A program made the position numbers and the translations under genes. Shown here piece by piece: positions 27,339 to 40,896 of a stretch of DNA of 64,000 nt (position 1 is the stretch's first letter; each line of letters starts with the position of its first letter). This stretch comes from Massalongia carnosa (taxonomy: Eukaryota): NCBI GenBank assembly GCA_965645245.1, contig OZ287068.1:3348001-3412000 (forward strand). Direction: 5' to 3'. The notes under the pieces were generated by a model. That model was not told the DNA's origin. It was given only the letters and a program-made list of their open reading frames with translations, and did no database searches.

Positions 27339-29263
27339 TTTGAATTGTCCGTGGCTATAAAAGTGCACACCACTATTGGTCTTCTGGCTTGATTATGTTT
27401 GTACAAAGATTCTCGAGTTACGATGAGTGCATCGCTTTTAGGTGATGGGGTTGCGTAGGCTAAATTGCCACGCGTCCTTCTCGTCTTCATGGCTGAAAGG
27501 TGGGAAACTCAAAATCAACCTCCTTTTGCCTGGGCTGATTGATAAAAGGATAACAGCATAAGGTCTACCCAATCCATTCCGTACTGAATACTTGGATATC
27601 ATAATACATGGTGATCCCTTGTCAGACGTCAAGTGTGTTGAACCATTGGCGTCAGATGGCGCTCTTACTCACATTACATATTAAGAAGTCCTATTGTCAA
27701 GTTGGAGAGAAAAGCACATTTGCTATTTCTGACTCGGATAGAGAGCCTATCGCCCGCAATGGACCAACCCAGTTTATTCTACAGCGCATATTAGAAAGCT
27801 CCGAGCCTGATGTCTATCACACGTCGATTACACTCTCGATCTCGAGCCAGACCACAGAACGACTGTTCAAACGTTAAACTCTCTGGGCGCTAGACGCCTT
27901 TGTCTGGCCCGCAGGTCCTGACTCTCCTCGTTCACATAGATAACCCACATTGCTCTTGGCACGAAAGTTCCCGGACATCTGAGAGCGTCTATATCGCCTC
28001 ATACGGCTTCTTACGTGGGAGCTAATGGCTCTCTGTTGCCTTTGTGGTTGTGCAACAGCACTCGAGTGCCGTTCGGTGACGAGATCATACCTTGAAAACG
28101 GTATTAATAGGTTTTCTCGATCGTAAATCTTGCAGAACTGTGATAGGGGACTCGATATGGTATCCCTAGCTCGCGATGAGCCTTCCGTAGCCCGCAATGT
28201 CAGCAATGGGCAGAATCAAGAAGGCACAGACATTTTTGGCTTGAACAGACTGTGTCTTCTACAATCAGCATATCGGGCTTCTAAGCTTGTCCAAGGTCAG
28301 GGGGTACTTAGGGGGGCAAACAGATTAGGGGTTTATTTTTGATCTATGTGCAACTCTTCATTACGACTATTAATCATCCATAACAAACCCGATCCATAAT
28401 AACCAGATATTAGCACTCCGTGGCATCACCGGTACTGGTCAATCGAGTTGATTAATCGAGCCAGTTTTCTCGCTCCTCGATTGTCATAGATCTTCCTTTG
28501 TGCAGCGCAAACCGTGGCCTAGTCCTTGATCAATAGAGACTTCGAAATATCACGTCATCCATGTACTTATATATGCCCTTTGACCCCGAATCATTTTACT
28601 AGACGCAAGAGCTGCCGTATGGATGTTCCGCTTAAAACGGGCTAGATTGGCTATTTCGAAAGATCTAAAATGTTCATCTCTGACTTTCGCAGCAATTTTT
28701 TATTGGCGCATATCGTTATTTATGCTATCTAACAAACAACATTACTTCAATGGGGGTTTTCATAAAGGCTGCCTTATTGCAGGGCTCTGGTATCTTTCTC
28801 CCAAAACCGACACCTCTCCGTCTATCTTTTTCTCTTATCAAATAGGTGTACGATCTACACTAGATTAGTCCCGAAACATGCCGTGTTTTTATTCTCCCTG
28901 GCGAGCACCATCTTTACGGACATTCGTCATGCGAAAAGTCCTCATACGAAGTTTAGGTGACAAGCTCTCATTGTTATTTTCTGCTTAGCCCCAAAGTCGC
29001 CTTGGCCAAACTTGGTGGAGCACTTGTTGAAGCTTGGCTATGCTTGGCCTGTAATACACCAAGTCCTGCTCAACGCTTAAGCTGCACCATAGTGGATGTA
29101 TTCATGGAATCCTGTTTCAAAACCTATTGAAGACTCGTTATCCTTCAATGGACAGACCTTCGGGTATAAATTGTGAAAGTCGCAATTTTCGCCCAAGTTT
29201 TGCTTTGAATAAATACCGAAAGAACGGATTGACTTGTTGATATAGCTTTTGAAGAAACTAGGA

Positions 29264-29932
29264 ATGATACTGTTCAGTATGGCTTTATGTTTGGTTTTTG
29301 CAACTTCTACTTAGAACTGTGTGGCAATTCGTTTGGTGCGTAAAATTTCTCCTACAGCCATTGGAGTTTCATGTGCCATACTAAGTGCAGGCTTAGCATG
29401 TGAAGCATGGTTGTGTCAAGGCAGGGAAATATTCAGTCTGTACCGATACATGAAATCAATATATGAGCGAGTAGGAAAACCTTCTTGGAGGAAGCACAAT
29501 GTTTGAAGCCGGATTTCCCATGTACACCACGTCTGTCAAAACGTTTCCTAAGACTCGGCAAAGGCTTACATGGCCGAAGATTTGGGCCGATATTCATTTT
29601 GATGTTGAGACTCTTTGCCTGACGGGGGATGGAGGAAAGGGTACTTGTTCATAGACATGGCTGTACCTTTTTAAACACCCGCTGATTCTTGAGTCTAAAG
29701 AATTTAGTACTAGTTTCGGAAGTTTGCATGTCCGATATTGCACAACACATTATGTAGATGCCGATCCAAGAGCGAGCCCCTATTATCTGAACGGACAAGG
29801 AGGAGCGAATCCTGACGGATGTCTTAGAGATGGAGAAAACTGGTATGTTAAGTCAGAGGCAAGCACGGATGTCATCAACGGCAAAGAACGGTTGACAAAG
29901 CCCAAATCCGACGTCATAGCGGACCCATTTGA
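29264..29932 (+). pseudogene. Pseudogene of a small secreted Cys-containing protein
   Basis: Signal-like MILFSMALCLVFATST. Introns 29336-29390, 29641-29700 and 29843-29919 keep one frame ending ...DGCLRDGENCGPI*. Stops at 29312, 29394, 29451 and 29472. Confidence 0.5.
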
Positions 29933-30842
29933 TATCGACCTACCCACCGTTGACTTGCAAGATCAAGAAGACAAATACCATGTTAGCAATAGCGTCCAGG
30001 AAACAAAAAACCCCGAAAATCTTTACGGTGAGAACTCCGAAATGTCGCTTTTGTTGAGCCTCTAAACCATGCCAACGATCGAGGCTTCGGATTCCAGGAT
30101 GAGGGCTTGAACCTACCTGGGCTTATCACACCGGCATAACTACATCCCTGACGAGATTCATCATACTGGAGGTTCGGTCGATGAGATTCTATTCACACAG
30201 AGGGCTGCGACATCTTTTGTGACAATGTTGTTGGACTCAGGTAATTGGTGGATTAAATACCACTTGGGACCATGGTACGGGCAGGTTCTGCCGAGTTAAC
30301 TACACAGGAAGTGTTAGTTTAGCGGCCGAGGCTTTACTTAAGAAGTGCATTTCCCCGGGGGACCGGAACAAACAACCTAATGTATGTGGCCTGAATTAGC
30401 AAAGCTGGTAGGGGGGCCGTCGAGTTATGTGAAGCCCAATCAAGAAAGTGATCGTACGATCGTCGAGTACTCTGTACGAATCTGAAGGACTCGCGATGCC
30501 TAGGAATGCACTCAACCCCTACTCGAGAGAACCCTGGAAGTATCGATAATGCATTTCCTGTTCGTTGGTGTCGCTTTGTCATTCCCGCAAGATGTAACTA
30601 ATCATGTCAAGAAACTAGCAATCGAAGCGAGACGCCAACTCTCGCTTCGACTGCACCAGATACAGATCCTGCCGGCTGAAGCTTGTGAACTTGGGTCATT
30701 GATGAGGGGTTCCTTGTACTCTGTAGATCCAGGACCAGGTACGGCGGAGGGCGTTTAAGCTGCGCATCTCAACGTACAGTTTCTTGGTCATCTTTTCAGG
30801 TCTTGTCTGTCATATATTCCTTCACGTCTCAAGTTCTATCAA

Positions 30843-32813
30843 ATGGAGCTCCTGTCACTTCGCTCGCTTTTCTTAGCAATTGGCGTTTTCGTTGTTTATC
30901 TTGTGGTCGGAGCTGTCTACCGTCTATACTTTAGTCCTTTAGCAAAGTTCCCGGGACCGAAGCTTGCTGCATTGACCTTATGGTATGAGTTCTATTACGA
31001 TGTTGTCAAAAAGGGCCGATATTCGTGGGAGATTGGCAAGATGCACGAGATATATGGTGAGAGGCGTTCCACAAAAGCTTCAATCAAGGCGATCAAACTC
31101 TGAACATGGTTCTTGCATGGGTTTCAAGGTCCGATTGTTCGCATCAACCCCTACGAGATCCATATCAACGATCCGGAATATATCGACGAAGTATATCCAG
31201 GCTCCTCCAGAAGGACAATGAAGTACGGATGGGCCACCAAGATGTTTGGGAGAGGTACCTCCGTTTTCGCAACCGAGAGTCATGAGCTTCATCGTATAAG
31301 GCGTGGCGCATTGGCATCCTTCTTCTCAAAAGGTTCGGTACTACGACTTGAGCCTACCGTGCAATCAGTCATCGACAAGCTTCTTGATCGCCTGCGGAAG
31401 TTACAAGGGTCGGGCACAAATATAAACATGATTGATGTGTACTCGTCGCTCACCGCCGACATCATCTCACTGTACGCTTTTGCGCGTTCGTACAACCTAC
31501 TGGATGATCCCGACTTCTCACCATTCTGGCATCAGATCATAGCGGAGACCTCCATGAACAGCCACACATTGAAGCATTTGGGGTGGGTAGAACCATTGAT
31601 GCGAAACATGCCACTCTGGCTTGTTAAGATACTGAATCCGCATATGATGACTCTTATCACCTGGCAAGACGTAGGTTAATCATCTATTCGAAGCTGGGTG
31701 TGGACTTACCGTCCAAAGAATTTGCGTAGTCAAGTCCGGCAAGTTATGAAGGACTTGAGGGAGAATAGTAAGGTTACGGACAACACAACAATCTTCTATG
31801 ACATGCTCACCCGTGAGGGGGCCCGACCTGAGGAAAGGACTGAGGATCACCTTACGACGGAAGCGGTACCTACATTGAGCAGAACCTTGATGTATATTGC
31901 GCTTTAATCTGACATTACGCATAGCAACTTGTTATGGCCGCGGGAACTGTTACCACTGCTCATACCTTGTCGGTATTGACCTTTCATGTTCTCAACAACC
32001 CTGATATACTGCAAAGACTGCAAAAGGAATTGAGCACCGTTCTGAAAGGAGCTCATTCGCCACCGAAATGGCAGCAACTGGAGGCTCTACCTTACCTGGT
32101 AAACATTCATTCGATAGCCCACGTATTTGGGATAATCCGATCAAGGAAGCTTACACTCATTTAGACTGCCATCATCAATGAGAGTTTAAGGTAGTTAGCA
32201 CCTGGAAATGGCTCCAAGAACCACAGCAATTGATTTTCTCTCCATTTAGAGTCGGCTATGGCGCTGCTCACCGGCTCCAGCGAATATCACCTGATGTTCC
32301 CTTGCACTACAAAGAATGGACGATCCCGGTGGGTGTATGTACATATCTGCGCAAACCCCAGCACTATCTCCTGAATCGAGCGGCTGGTGCATAAAGCTCA
32401 CGCATTGTTGCAGACCCCAGTCAGCATGACTTCGATGCTGCTTCATGATAATCCGAACATATTTCCGAATCCCCGAACCTTTTCTCCAGACCGCTGGCTG
32501 GAATCATCAAATACTCGCTTGCAGCGATATATTGTCCCATTCAGCCGGGGAACCCGTCAATGCGCCGGCAGAGAGTGCGTATCACAATAAAGTTAAACCC
32601 CAGAATAAGTTCTCGCATTTGCTGACTTGAAGTTTAATTCAATGCAGCCTGGCGTATTGCGAGATCTACCTTACCGTTGCCGCTATGTTCGCACCAGGTC
32701 GTTTTAATTTCAAATTATTCGAGACGGACATGACTGACGTTGAGATCAAACACGATTTCTTCAACCCGTTCTTCAGGCTCGATTCAAAAGGGATCCGAGT
32801 TTTAGTGGAATGA
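30843..32813 (+). CDS. Cytochrome P450 monooxygenase (trichodiene oxygenase/CYP58-like group), multi-exon, apparently intact
   Basis: [37 protein letters not shown]-helix AAGTVTT, K-helix ESLR, FSPDRW and heme motif [10 protein letters not shown]. Seven GT-AG introns join the exons. Confidence 0.92.
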
Positions 32814-34449
32814 GACTGAAGAGAGTAAGCGACTTGGCATGGCTTTCTACACGAAAGGGGGATTTCCTTGTAAAATCGCTCAGGAAACAACTCTTCGGCT
32901 GGGATTTCCATTCATGGACTATCTGTTTCCATGGAAGCACCAAAGCTTCGCGAAAGCATTAAGCGCCTTTGAATATGCTCCTTTATCTTGGATCTTTCTT
33001 CATGTCGTGTCGTTATAAAGTTTAACTCGTCCGTAGAAACTACCTCCCCTTTGCAGAATCTTTCTGAATGCCATAAGGGTATATTTAACCCGACGGAGCA
33101 TCCATTCGTGGCAACTAGCTTTCTTAATAGCAATATATTTGCTAAGGATCTCGCTGGGTTTCCCTAAGTCTCGGGTTTGAGATTACTCGCTGCTTGGCTA
33201 TTTCCTACTTGTCCATATTTATTTAATCAGCTCAAATATCTTTCTGGTTTTTTTCAAAAAAAACAAATAAGCAGGAACTGAACTCTATCATGTGAATGTT
33301 TCGATAAATATCAAAACTTCCATCAAAAATGGTTCTGCGATAACTGACCATACTTCTTTTAACGAGAAATAGATCTTGAATCTTAATCGTGCGTATGATA
33401 GCTATTATTGAAAAACAAGTGAAATTTCAATAGCATTTGAATTTAGTTCACGCTGCTTCTATAACGAGTACTTTAGAAAACGCCCCGTTATAGAATTCAA
33501 TGGAGAGGCTGTAAGGAGAAAGAGGCCTTTTGGTCTCTTTCAGGTCAGCGACGAAGCTGAAAATGCGAGCAAGGGTTAGCAGAACGCCACGAAGAACCCT
33601 GGAAACGGCTCTTCCCTCAACTAACACGAAGAACATGTAGGCGACATACGTACAGCCCTCCTTTGCTCGCAGTAATGGAGGATTTGAAAAGACTAAAAGC
33701 CGAGCTGTCCGGGTTGGAGCAGTAACCTCCCCTGCCTGGGGGAAAGTTGCACATAAGACAGATGAGCCTATAGCTTCCGCAGTCCCAGACCTACAGGGAG
33801 CGCCGACGAGGCGATTAAGATGATGTTTTTGAACCATTGAACTTCTCTACCTTCTTCTTCTTCTCGCAGCTTATGGCATTTTCCGGGCTTATGAAAGGAT
33901 ACCACTTGCCCTCATCGCCTTGCAATCTCCCCCTCCCCCCGGTCAAATCGACTTGTGTAGCTCCAAAGCTAACGAGTAAGGGAACCATAATGAGCGTGAG
34001 CCACATCTCGTCCGTCTACAAGTGTTGGCAGACACCGCGAGAACTGGAGAGGAGTGAGATAGAGGATAGAAAGATGGAATTTTGCTCCGGTATGGCCGGA
34101 TAATGCAAGCGTTTGTTTAAATAAGGCTCACCCGTTTCGGCAACAACGCTTTAGAAGTGGCTGGTCAACCATGACCTTACGACCCGTCTTGAGAACTCAA
34201 GAATACCTAATGATAGTTCCATCCCGTTTGTGGTCGTTAAAGGGACTCCTAACTGGGACATGAAACATGTTGTGCTGGGATGAACATGATTGGGTTTGAT
34301 ATGTATTTGTTCCGAACCGCTTTGTTGAGCATCTTAAGTTGTCAACTGTTTTCTCAGGTAGTTGAGCGTTGATTACAGGGTCGGTCTGTAAAGTGAAGGG
34401 ATTGAACTGAGGGAATGACAGCGAGGCCGGGCATTTAAATAATTTGCCA

Positions 34450-35078
34450 TCAAATATTCTGAGCACTGCTTATAATTCGTCGTTTCAACTTTCTACCGTA
34501 AGATATCCCCTGAAAAGATGCGCCTCCAGAGGAACCCTCGTCCGCATTCTGACCGTCCCCGATTTCCGCCACCGTTGCGTAGTCTGATTGATATTCCGCC
34601 GGCAGCTCAACGTGGTCTGGAAACCACTCCGTCGGCCTGTCTGGCTGATCCTCGATGCTAACCGTCGGCCTACTGCAGTCGCAGCGCGCCACGGTTTTCG
34701 GCGACTCGCACACGCTCCACAGCGTCGGAGCGGCCGTCGAGCAGAACCCCCCCGGCCGATATTGTGAGTCGGGAAAGTTGCAATAGATGCAAACGGAGGA
34801 CGCGCCGCGGCATTGCTACACGTTCCCAGAATCCGTTAGATCAGGGAAGAAAATCGTCGAGGGAACCCGTTCAGGAAGGAAACACGCACATATTTGCCCT
34901 CGCAGGGCATGGCCGTTCTGGGCGTCACCCACGCCGGTTCAGGGCGTAGTGGCCTGCCCATGCCATCGAGTGGGCCACACGCAGGAACGATGGCCGTCAA
35001 CTGGGAATTGGGATCGCAAGATTGTGACCTCGCCAAACCAGCGGATAGGAAACCCGCAACAGCGACAAGGAGTCGCAT
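34450..35078 (-). CDS. Small secreted cysteine-rich protein (about 184 aa, 10 Cys), effector-like
   Basis: Signal MRLLVAVAGFLSAGLARS. Intron 34889-34816 (GTGCGT..CTAAC..TAG) joins the 34836-35141 and 34450-34713 ORFs in frame. Confidence 0.7.
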
Positions 35079-35352
35079 TTCTTCTTTCTTCTTCTCTTCG
35101 CTTGCAGCAACAGCAGCACAGCCAGCATTCCAGAAAAGCACAACCGGGGCCAGTTTTGGGAATAGGTAGATGAAACCGATACCAAACTCCGAAACCCGCG
35201 AAATGCGCCGGCGACGAAATGCCTTTTATACCCCATCGGACGCGGGTGACTCCATCCCCAAAACCCCCCCAATCTTCTCCGAAATTTGCCACACACATCC
35301 ACCCGTAATCCCCGGGTTATGTTCTCTCTCGCCACTAGATGGATTTCTCCAT

Positions 35353-35411
35353 CGTCATTATTATCATCACCATCATCATCATCATCACCATCATCGTCAC
35401 CATCACCACCA
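35353..35411. repeat. (CAT/CAC)n microsatellite
   Basis: Direct reading of the sequence. Confidence 0.9.
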
Positions 35412-36444
35412 AAGTTGATCAGTATTCCGCATAGTTAAATACATACCTACTGCACACCTCGGTAGGTACATATTATAACAACCCCATCCAGAACCCCGAA
35501 ACGACACCTCTCCTACTAGCCAATTAGTCATTCCGTCCCGCCCTTTCGAAACCAATAAACCGCCAACATCCGCCGGCTGGCGAGCTCCCGAAACATGTTT
35601 CCCCAACTAAACGAGGTGCACGTCGCGGCGTCCTGACTGGCTTCCTTCGCCCCGTCTTCGAGATTTGGTTTCTCTCTTTCGTTCTTTCTTTCTTCTTGGC
35701 GTTTTCCGTTCCCAACCGCACGGTTCTTGGTTTTTTCGAACAACACTTCCCTCGTATTGTACACAGTAATTCAAATCTCTTCCCTTATCACTGTCATGAT
35801 TGCCATGATTGCGATCTGCAACAAAACCTTCACGAGATAGGTAAAATGAAACTTCTTGCCCGCTCTTTAGTTATCTTTCTCTAGCCTCTTCGGTATACCT
35901 AGGTAGTTTCAACAATCAACCCATCCAGGGCGATCATTTGTCGGAACGCGGGGTGCGCAGGAACCGGTCGGCCGTAACTACTCTAGCGGGAAATGAGAGC
36001 TCTTTCTTTTATTTATTTATTTTTTGTTTAAAAATAGAACCGTTCGACAAATTTCGGAGTGTTGGGGATAGGGGGGGAAGGTGGAGCTTAGGAATGAAGG
36101 AGGAAGGAAGAGGCGGAGGCCTGTGGTTTCGTAAAAGGGGGCGGGGGGAGGAGATTGGATAGAAGGGGGGGGAGGAATGGTCTGGGATGGGCTGGGGATG
36201 GGCTGAGCTTGTTCGAGAGAAAGAGGGTAGTGCATTGGGGTCTCCTGCATAGGGATTGCCCATGGGACGAATAGAGATAGGGATGGGGATGGGGATGGGG
36301 ATGGGGAGATAGGTAGGATAGGACAGGACAGGATAGAGTATAATAGCAATAGTAGTCATCTACCTACCTACCTACCGACTCTGTAGTTTGCAGTACTGCT
36401 TCACCACTCCGTACCCTCTGCTCATTCGTGTCAGTCACCCTACC

Positions 36445-36496
36445 TGTATGTATGTATGTATGTATGTATGTATGTATGTATGTATGTATGTATGTA
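36445..36496. repeat. (TATG)n microsatellite
   Basis: Direct reading of the sequence. Confidence 0.95.
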
Positions 36497-37164
36497 GTAT
36501 GTATCTATGTATGTAGAGCAAGAGCGTACCCAGTACAGAATACCTACCACAGAACGAGAAAGAACGCACTGGGGCTGGAAAACCCCCTTCCCTTTCGCCC
36601 AAACTCCCTCTTTGAGAATTAGACCAACTCCCCCCCTTTTCCCCCAGAACCGGACCCGGACCCGGACCCGGAATTTGGAAAGGAAGAGAAGAAGAAAAAT
36701 CAATACAACAACTTTTGTCTATGAATCTATACATGCATGCGTGCATCCCCAAGTCTGTACACAAGCGCCGGGTCGAGTCGCGTCGCGTCGCGATGCAATG
36801 CGATGGAGTAAATACAAGGAATGAATCCAGAGCAGAGCAGAGCAGAGCAAAGCAGAGCCTAGTCCCATTGAGAGCAAGAAGAACGCAAAGAACCGAACCG
36901 GACCGAACCAAGCCCGCCAGCCAAATGACGAGAGCGAAAGCTGTCCTAGGTATCCTACAAGAAAGGGAAGGGGAGAACGAAAAAAAGAAGAGGATGAGAA
37001 AGGGAAAAAGAACTTGTATGGATCCCACCGACAATACGGCTATGCACCCCGCCATCCCCCAGCTATCCGCTCTCTCGTATCATGAGCTCATCTCCTTCCC
37101 ATATGTATCCACCCCACCATCATCATCATCACCACCACCACCACCACCACCACCACCACCACGT

Positions 37165-37831
37165 CTAATAATTCAGTTCATCCTGCCGGCACGCGCCCGT
37201 ATGCACGATGCTATGCGCCGGGACCTTCCCGTCCTTGGTCGGGATCTGGATACCCGTCGTCTCCTGCATGCTGGGGTACACGGTGATGTGGCCCTGGCTG
37301 GTGCCGACAACGTCGGTCGCGAGTATGATCCCGTACTTGCCGCCGTGCACCCAGGCTTGGTCACCGGAGCAGGGCAGGGTAATGTGCGCGAGTCCGGACG
37401 TGAAGGCGACGTATCTATTGCGGGTTGCGGCTCGCGTTAGCAGTTTCTTTTTGGGGGAAGGGGGGAGCCGCTTGGGAAATGGCTGCAAGCTGGGAGAGCG
37501 AGTGGGAAAGGAATGGAATGTTTGGAGGAGAACAACGAGGGGGTGGAAGGGAGGATCCGTACTGTACTGCTGGCGCATTATGCTGGCCGCCATTGAAGCG
37601 CGGAGGTAAAATTAGGAAACTGGCGCTGGAGGAAGCGCCGAACTGCTGGATCGCGACGCCGGCCGTGCCCGCGGCGCTGGAGGAGCCGAAAGGGTCGGCG
37701 AGCTGCCAGCATTCGAGGACCGATTCGCCGTTATGGGTGGCGATTGCGGTGAGCTTGAGGAAGGCGGGCGAGGGGGCGGTGATGGTGGTGGCGACGAGGA
37801 AAGCTAGGACGGAGACGAGGGCCGACCGCAT
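37165..37831 (-). CDS. Conserved fungal small secreted protein (cupin-like)
   Basis: Signal MRSALVSVLAFLVATTITA, then LTAIATHNGESVLECWQL and HNAPAVQ, an intron, then YVAFTSGLAHITLP and GHITVYPS. Matches a common fungal small secreted protein family. Confidence 0.8.
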
Positions 37832-40800
37832 GGTGGGTAGGATTCGATCGGTCGGTATGGTGGATGATGGATGAAGAAAGAAGTAGAGTAATGAGTGATG
37901 GGGAGAGGTTGGGTGGTGGAGTGGGGATTTGCAAGAGTTCAATGGGTTTCAACGGGTTTCAATGAAGAGCGAGCGAAAGGAAAAGGAAAGGAAAGGGAAG
38001 GAAAGGAGAGAAATTGAAAAGGAAAGACGGAGCATGAGCGATTGGTATAGTAACCTCCGCTTGGGCTGGCACCCGCCGCAACACACATGTATGTACACTG
38101 TACACTGTACACATACACAGCGGGTTTCCAAACACACCACTTCGACCTCGTCCCCGCCAAGAGCCCAATCAAAGCAGTGGTCAGCCTCCTTCGTGATCAC
38201 CGTCTGTTCCCAGGCGTAATCGTGCGCGATGGCTTCGGATGTTCCTCGCACACAACATAAGTGATATGATATAATTTTAGAGGATTTCGGTTGAGACGTT
38301 TGGAGAGACGAAGTAGTTGGAGCCAATTTCACTCGATATTGGCGAAAGCGCGACGATGGAACGGTGGGACGAGGGAGGAAAGCGAGATTTTGGCTGTGTG
38401 GCGCCTGCGGGACGATTTGAACTGAACTCTGGGGACTAGACTCGGCCCCGCTAACCACGTCCAAGAAAAGTCTGATCCAGCCACAGGCGGCACAGCAACT
38501 TCCCCTGTTCACGTGGTTCTCCGAGCAGGCTATGGGCAAGGATGGACAGGGATTGACAGGGATGGACAGGGATGGACAGGGATGAGCACGTTTTTCGTCT
38601 GTGGGGTATCTGGGATGGTATGGAATTAACCTGCAGCTAGGCTGAAATAGGCTTGGTTTATCGCTCAGTGCGGTCGGTCGATCGTCGGGCATGATCCGGC
38701 TGCCCATTTCGGGAGGTGACGGATTATGCCTAGGGAGCTGTCTAAGGGGCAGATGAGGTACTTAGAAAGCTGGCTTCTGTTTCACGGAAATCGCCAAGGA
38801 GAAAATAAATATGTCAAGCTTGAAGCTTCTCTCGAGCTGAGCGGAGATACAACAGACTCAGTGTTGCGGATAACCTCATCCTTCTGCGGAAATGAAGCCG
38901 ATATGATATGATACGGTCGACGACACACCCATGCCCCGTGTTGACCTCGGAGTGAACCCACCAGAGCACGCTATTGAAATCTGGGGTGCTCTTTTCAACT
39001 AGTCCTGATGTTGCGATCCGCTAGAGGCTGACGTTGCATTACTCAATTCGACCTATCAAACCGTGATGTAAGAGCCATGAGTGTGTACTCACTTCCTGCT
39101 GCAACAGCGCTAAAGTTCGCCGGCTAAATTGGTTTGTCGGTTACTTGGCATGCAAGCATAAAGAATCTTTTCGTTTATGAATGGTGTAACCCGTGTGTAA
39201 GGAAGTTTATCAAGACAGGAGCTGATGATACTCAGATGTTCAGACTGTCATATACAGAGTAGAGACTTGACTGTTTCTTTCTCGCTTGGAGTTCTAGCGC
39301 TGCTGTGTGTGGAAGTAACTAGCGACAATAGCTGTTCAAGCGAGAGTTCATCGGCAACTGATCGTTACCGTCACAGTGAGGAATGGTGATCTGCAGACAG
39401 CAAGGTACGGTCGGTACATCTCACTAGGGTTGCTGGCGTTGATTGAGGAAGAGATGGAAACAATACACGTGTTGTGGTGATCTGGAAGTAAGATTCAAGA
39501 TGCAAAGGAGAGATCTCGCCAAGACCGCAACGGCTTATAGTCATACGCTGTACCGGGTGAAAAGCGAATGTCAATATGACATTGGTTCATTCGGGAGCTG
39601 TCTTGCCCAATATCGTCTGGCAGCATACGTGGTGACATATATCGTATGGTTCTCTCATGATGGGTGAGCACGCTTCAGCCGAGGGCTATTGGGAACTGGA
39701 CGAACCGGAAATCATCGAGTTGAAGCGATTTCATCGCAATTGGCCGGAATGACGCATTCTCGTAAACCTACTCCGATTCATCATTGAACACATACTCCGG
39801 TGTACTCATCCTCGATGTACCTGGCCAGGCTGAGAATGGCATACAAACGACTTCAAACAAAAGGGAAAGTGACGCAGCTGGTGCTATTTTCATTACTGCA
39901 TGGCCGTTTTGACCGGGGCTCACATCGCCGATTTGCGATATAAAGTGACATGGAGATTTTGCAAAAGGACGCACGACCAGAACGAATCGGGGCGTTTGTA
40001 AGACACTTTCACAGCCTTGGGTTCTGAATTGAGTTCGGGCACGACATTGGCGAGGCCCAAACTGGAAACTTCAAGCACAAACAACCTCAACACAGCATGA
40101 TTGGCACCCTCGTTAAAGGATTGGTACCTGCTGAAGTCGAATTGGAAAGGAAATCGCTCGATTCAGTAGATGAAGTCTTCGGCCTAGAAGGTGAATGCAA
40201 AACAAGGCGAGGCGAGGGTTTTTGGTAGGTCGCTGGTCAAGCTTTGGGGGCCAGCCTTGAGAAGCTGTGGGTCTCAGTGCATACCTCGTGCTCTGTACTA
40301 TAATGGGAGAGCCATGCATGAGCAGCAGAAAGGGTAGAAATGGGTTGGTTCAACAGCCATAGAAAGCCGAAACAAACTTTCTGATGTTACTTTTCCGGTG
40401 CATTTGCATACCTAGGTATGGGCATCCATGAGGGAGTTGGACGATTTGAATGCAGGGAAGAGAGGCTTTTGCTTGATGCCGTGGTCGTGTTGCACCGAGG
40501 TAATGGGCGTGCGCCAAATATGCCACCATGCTATGCCCGACCACTCTACTTTTGGATTACTCTGTACGGAAGTTGCCGCATAAAATGATGGTTAATGTTG
40601 TCTCTACAACGCGCGCAGTACGGGACCTGTTGCGCAATGTTCCATAGGGGGTTTGAATTAAGACGTCCTTCACCGCCTATAGATTGTTGATATCCTCATG
40701 ATATCAAGACCCTGGAGAATTAGACCCTTTAATTCTAAATCATGAGGTCCCGTTCACAGTTACTTGGGGACTGTTGACGGTATCTTATCGATTAACTAGT

Positions 40801-40845
40801 AATGTAAGTTTCATATCAGAAATGTTAGATAGAGTAAGTACCCTT

Positions 40846-40896
40846 CTCTGTACTCTATACTCTGTACTCTGTACTCTGTACTCTGTACTCTGTACT
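40846..40896. repeat. (TACTCTG)n heptamer tandem repeat
   Basis: About 7 units. The reverse-complement array (GTACAGA)n occurs at 24787-24814. Confidence 0.9.

Noticed and set aside
35400..37160. ORFs with YIHT, MYVC or IPIP repeats
   Set aside because: They are translations of (TATG)n, (GGGGAT)n and similar microsatellites.
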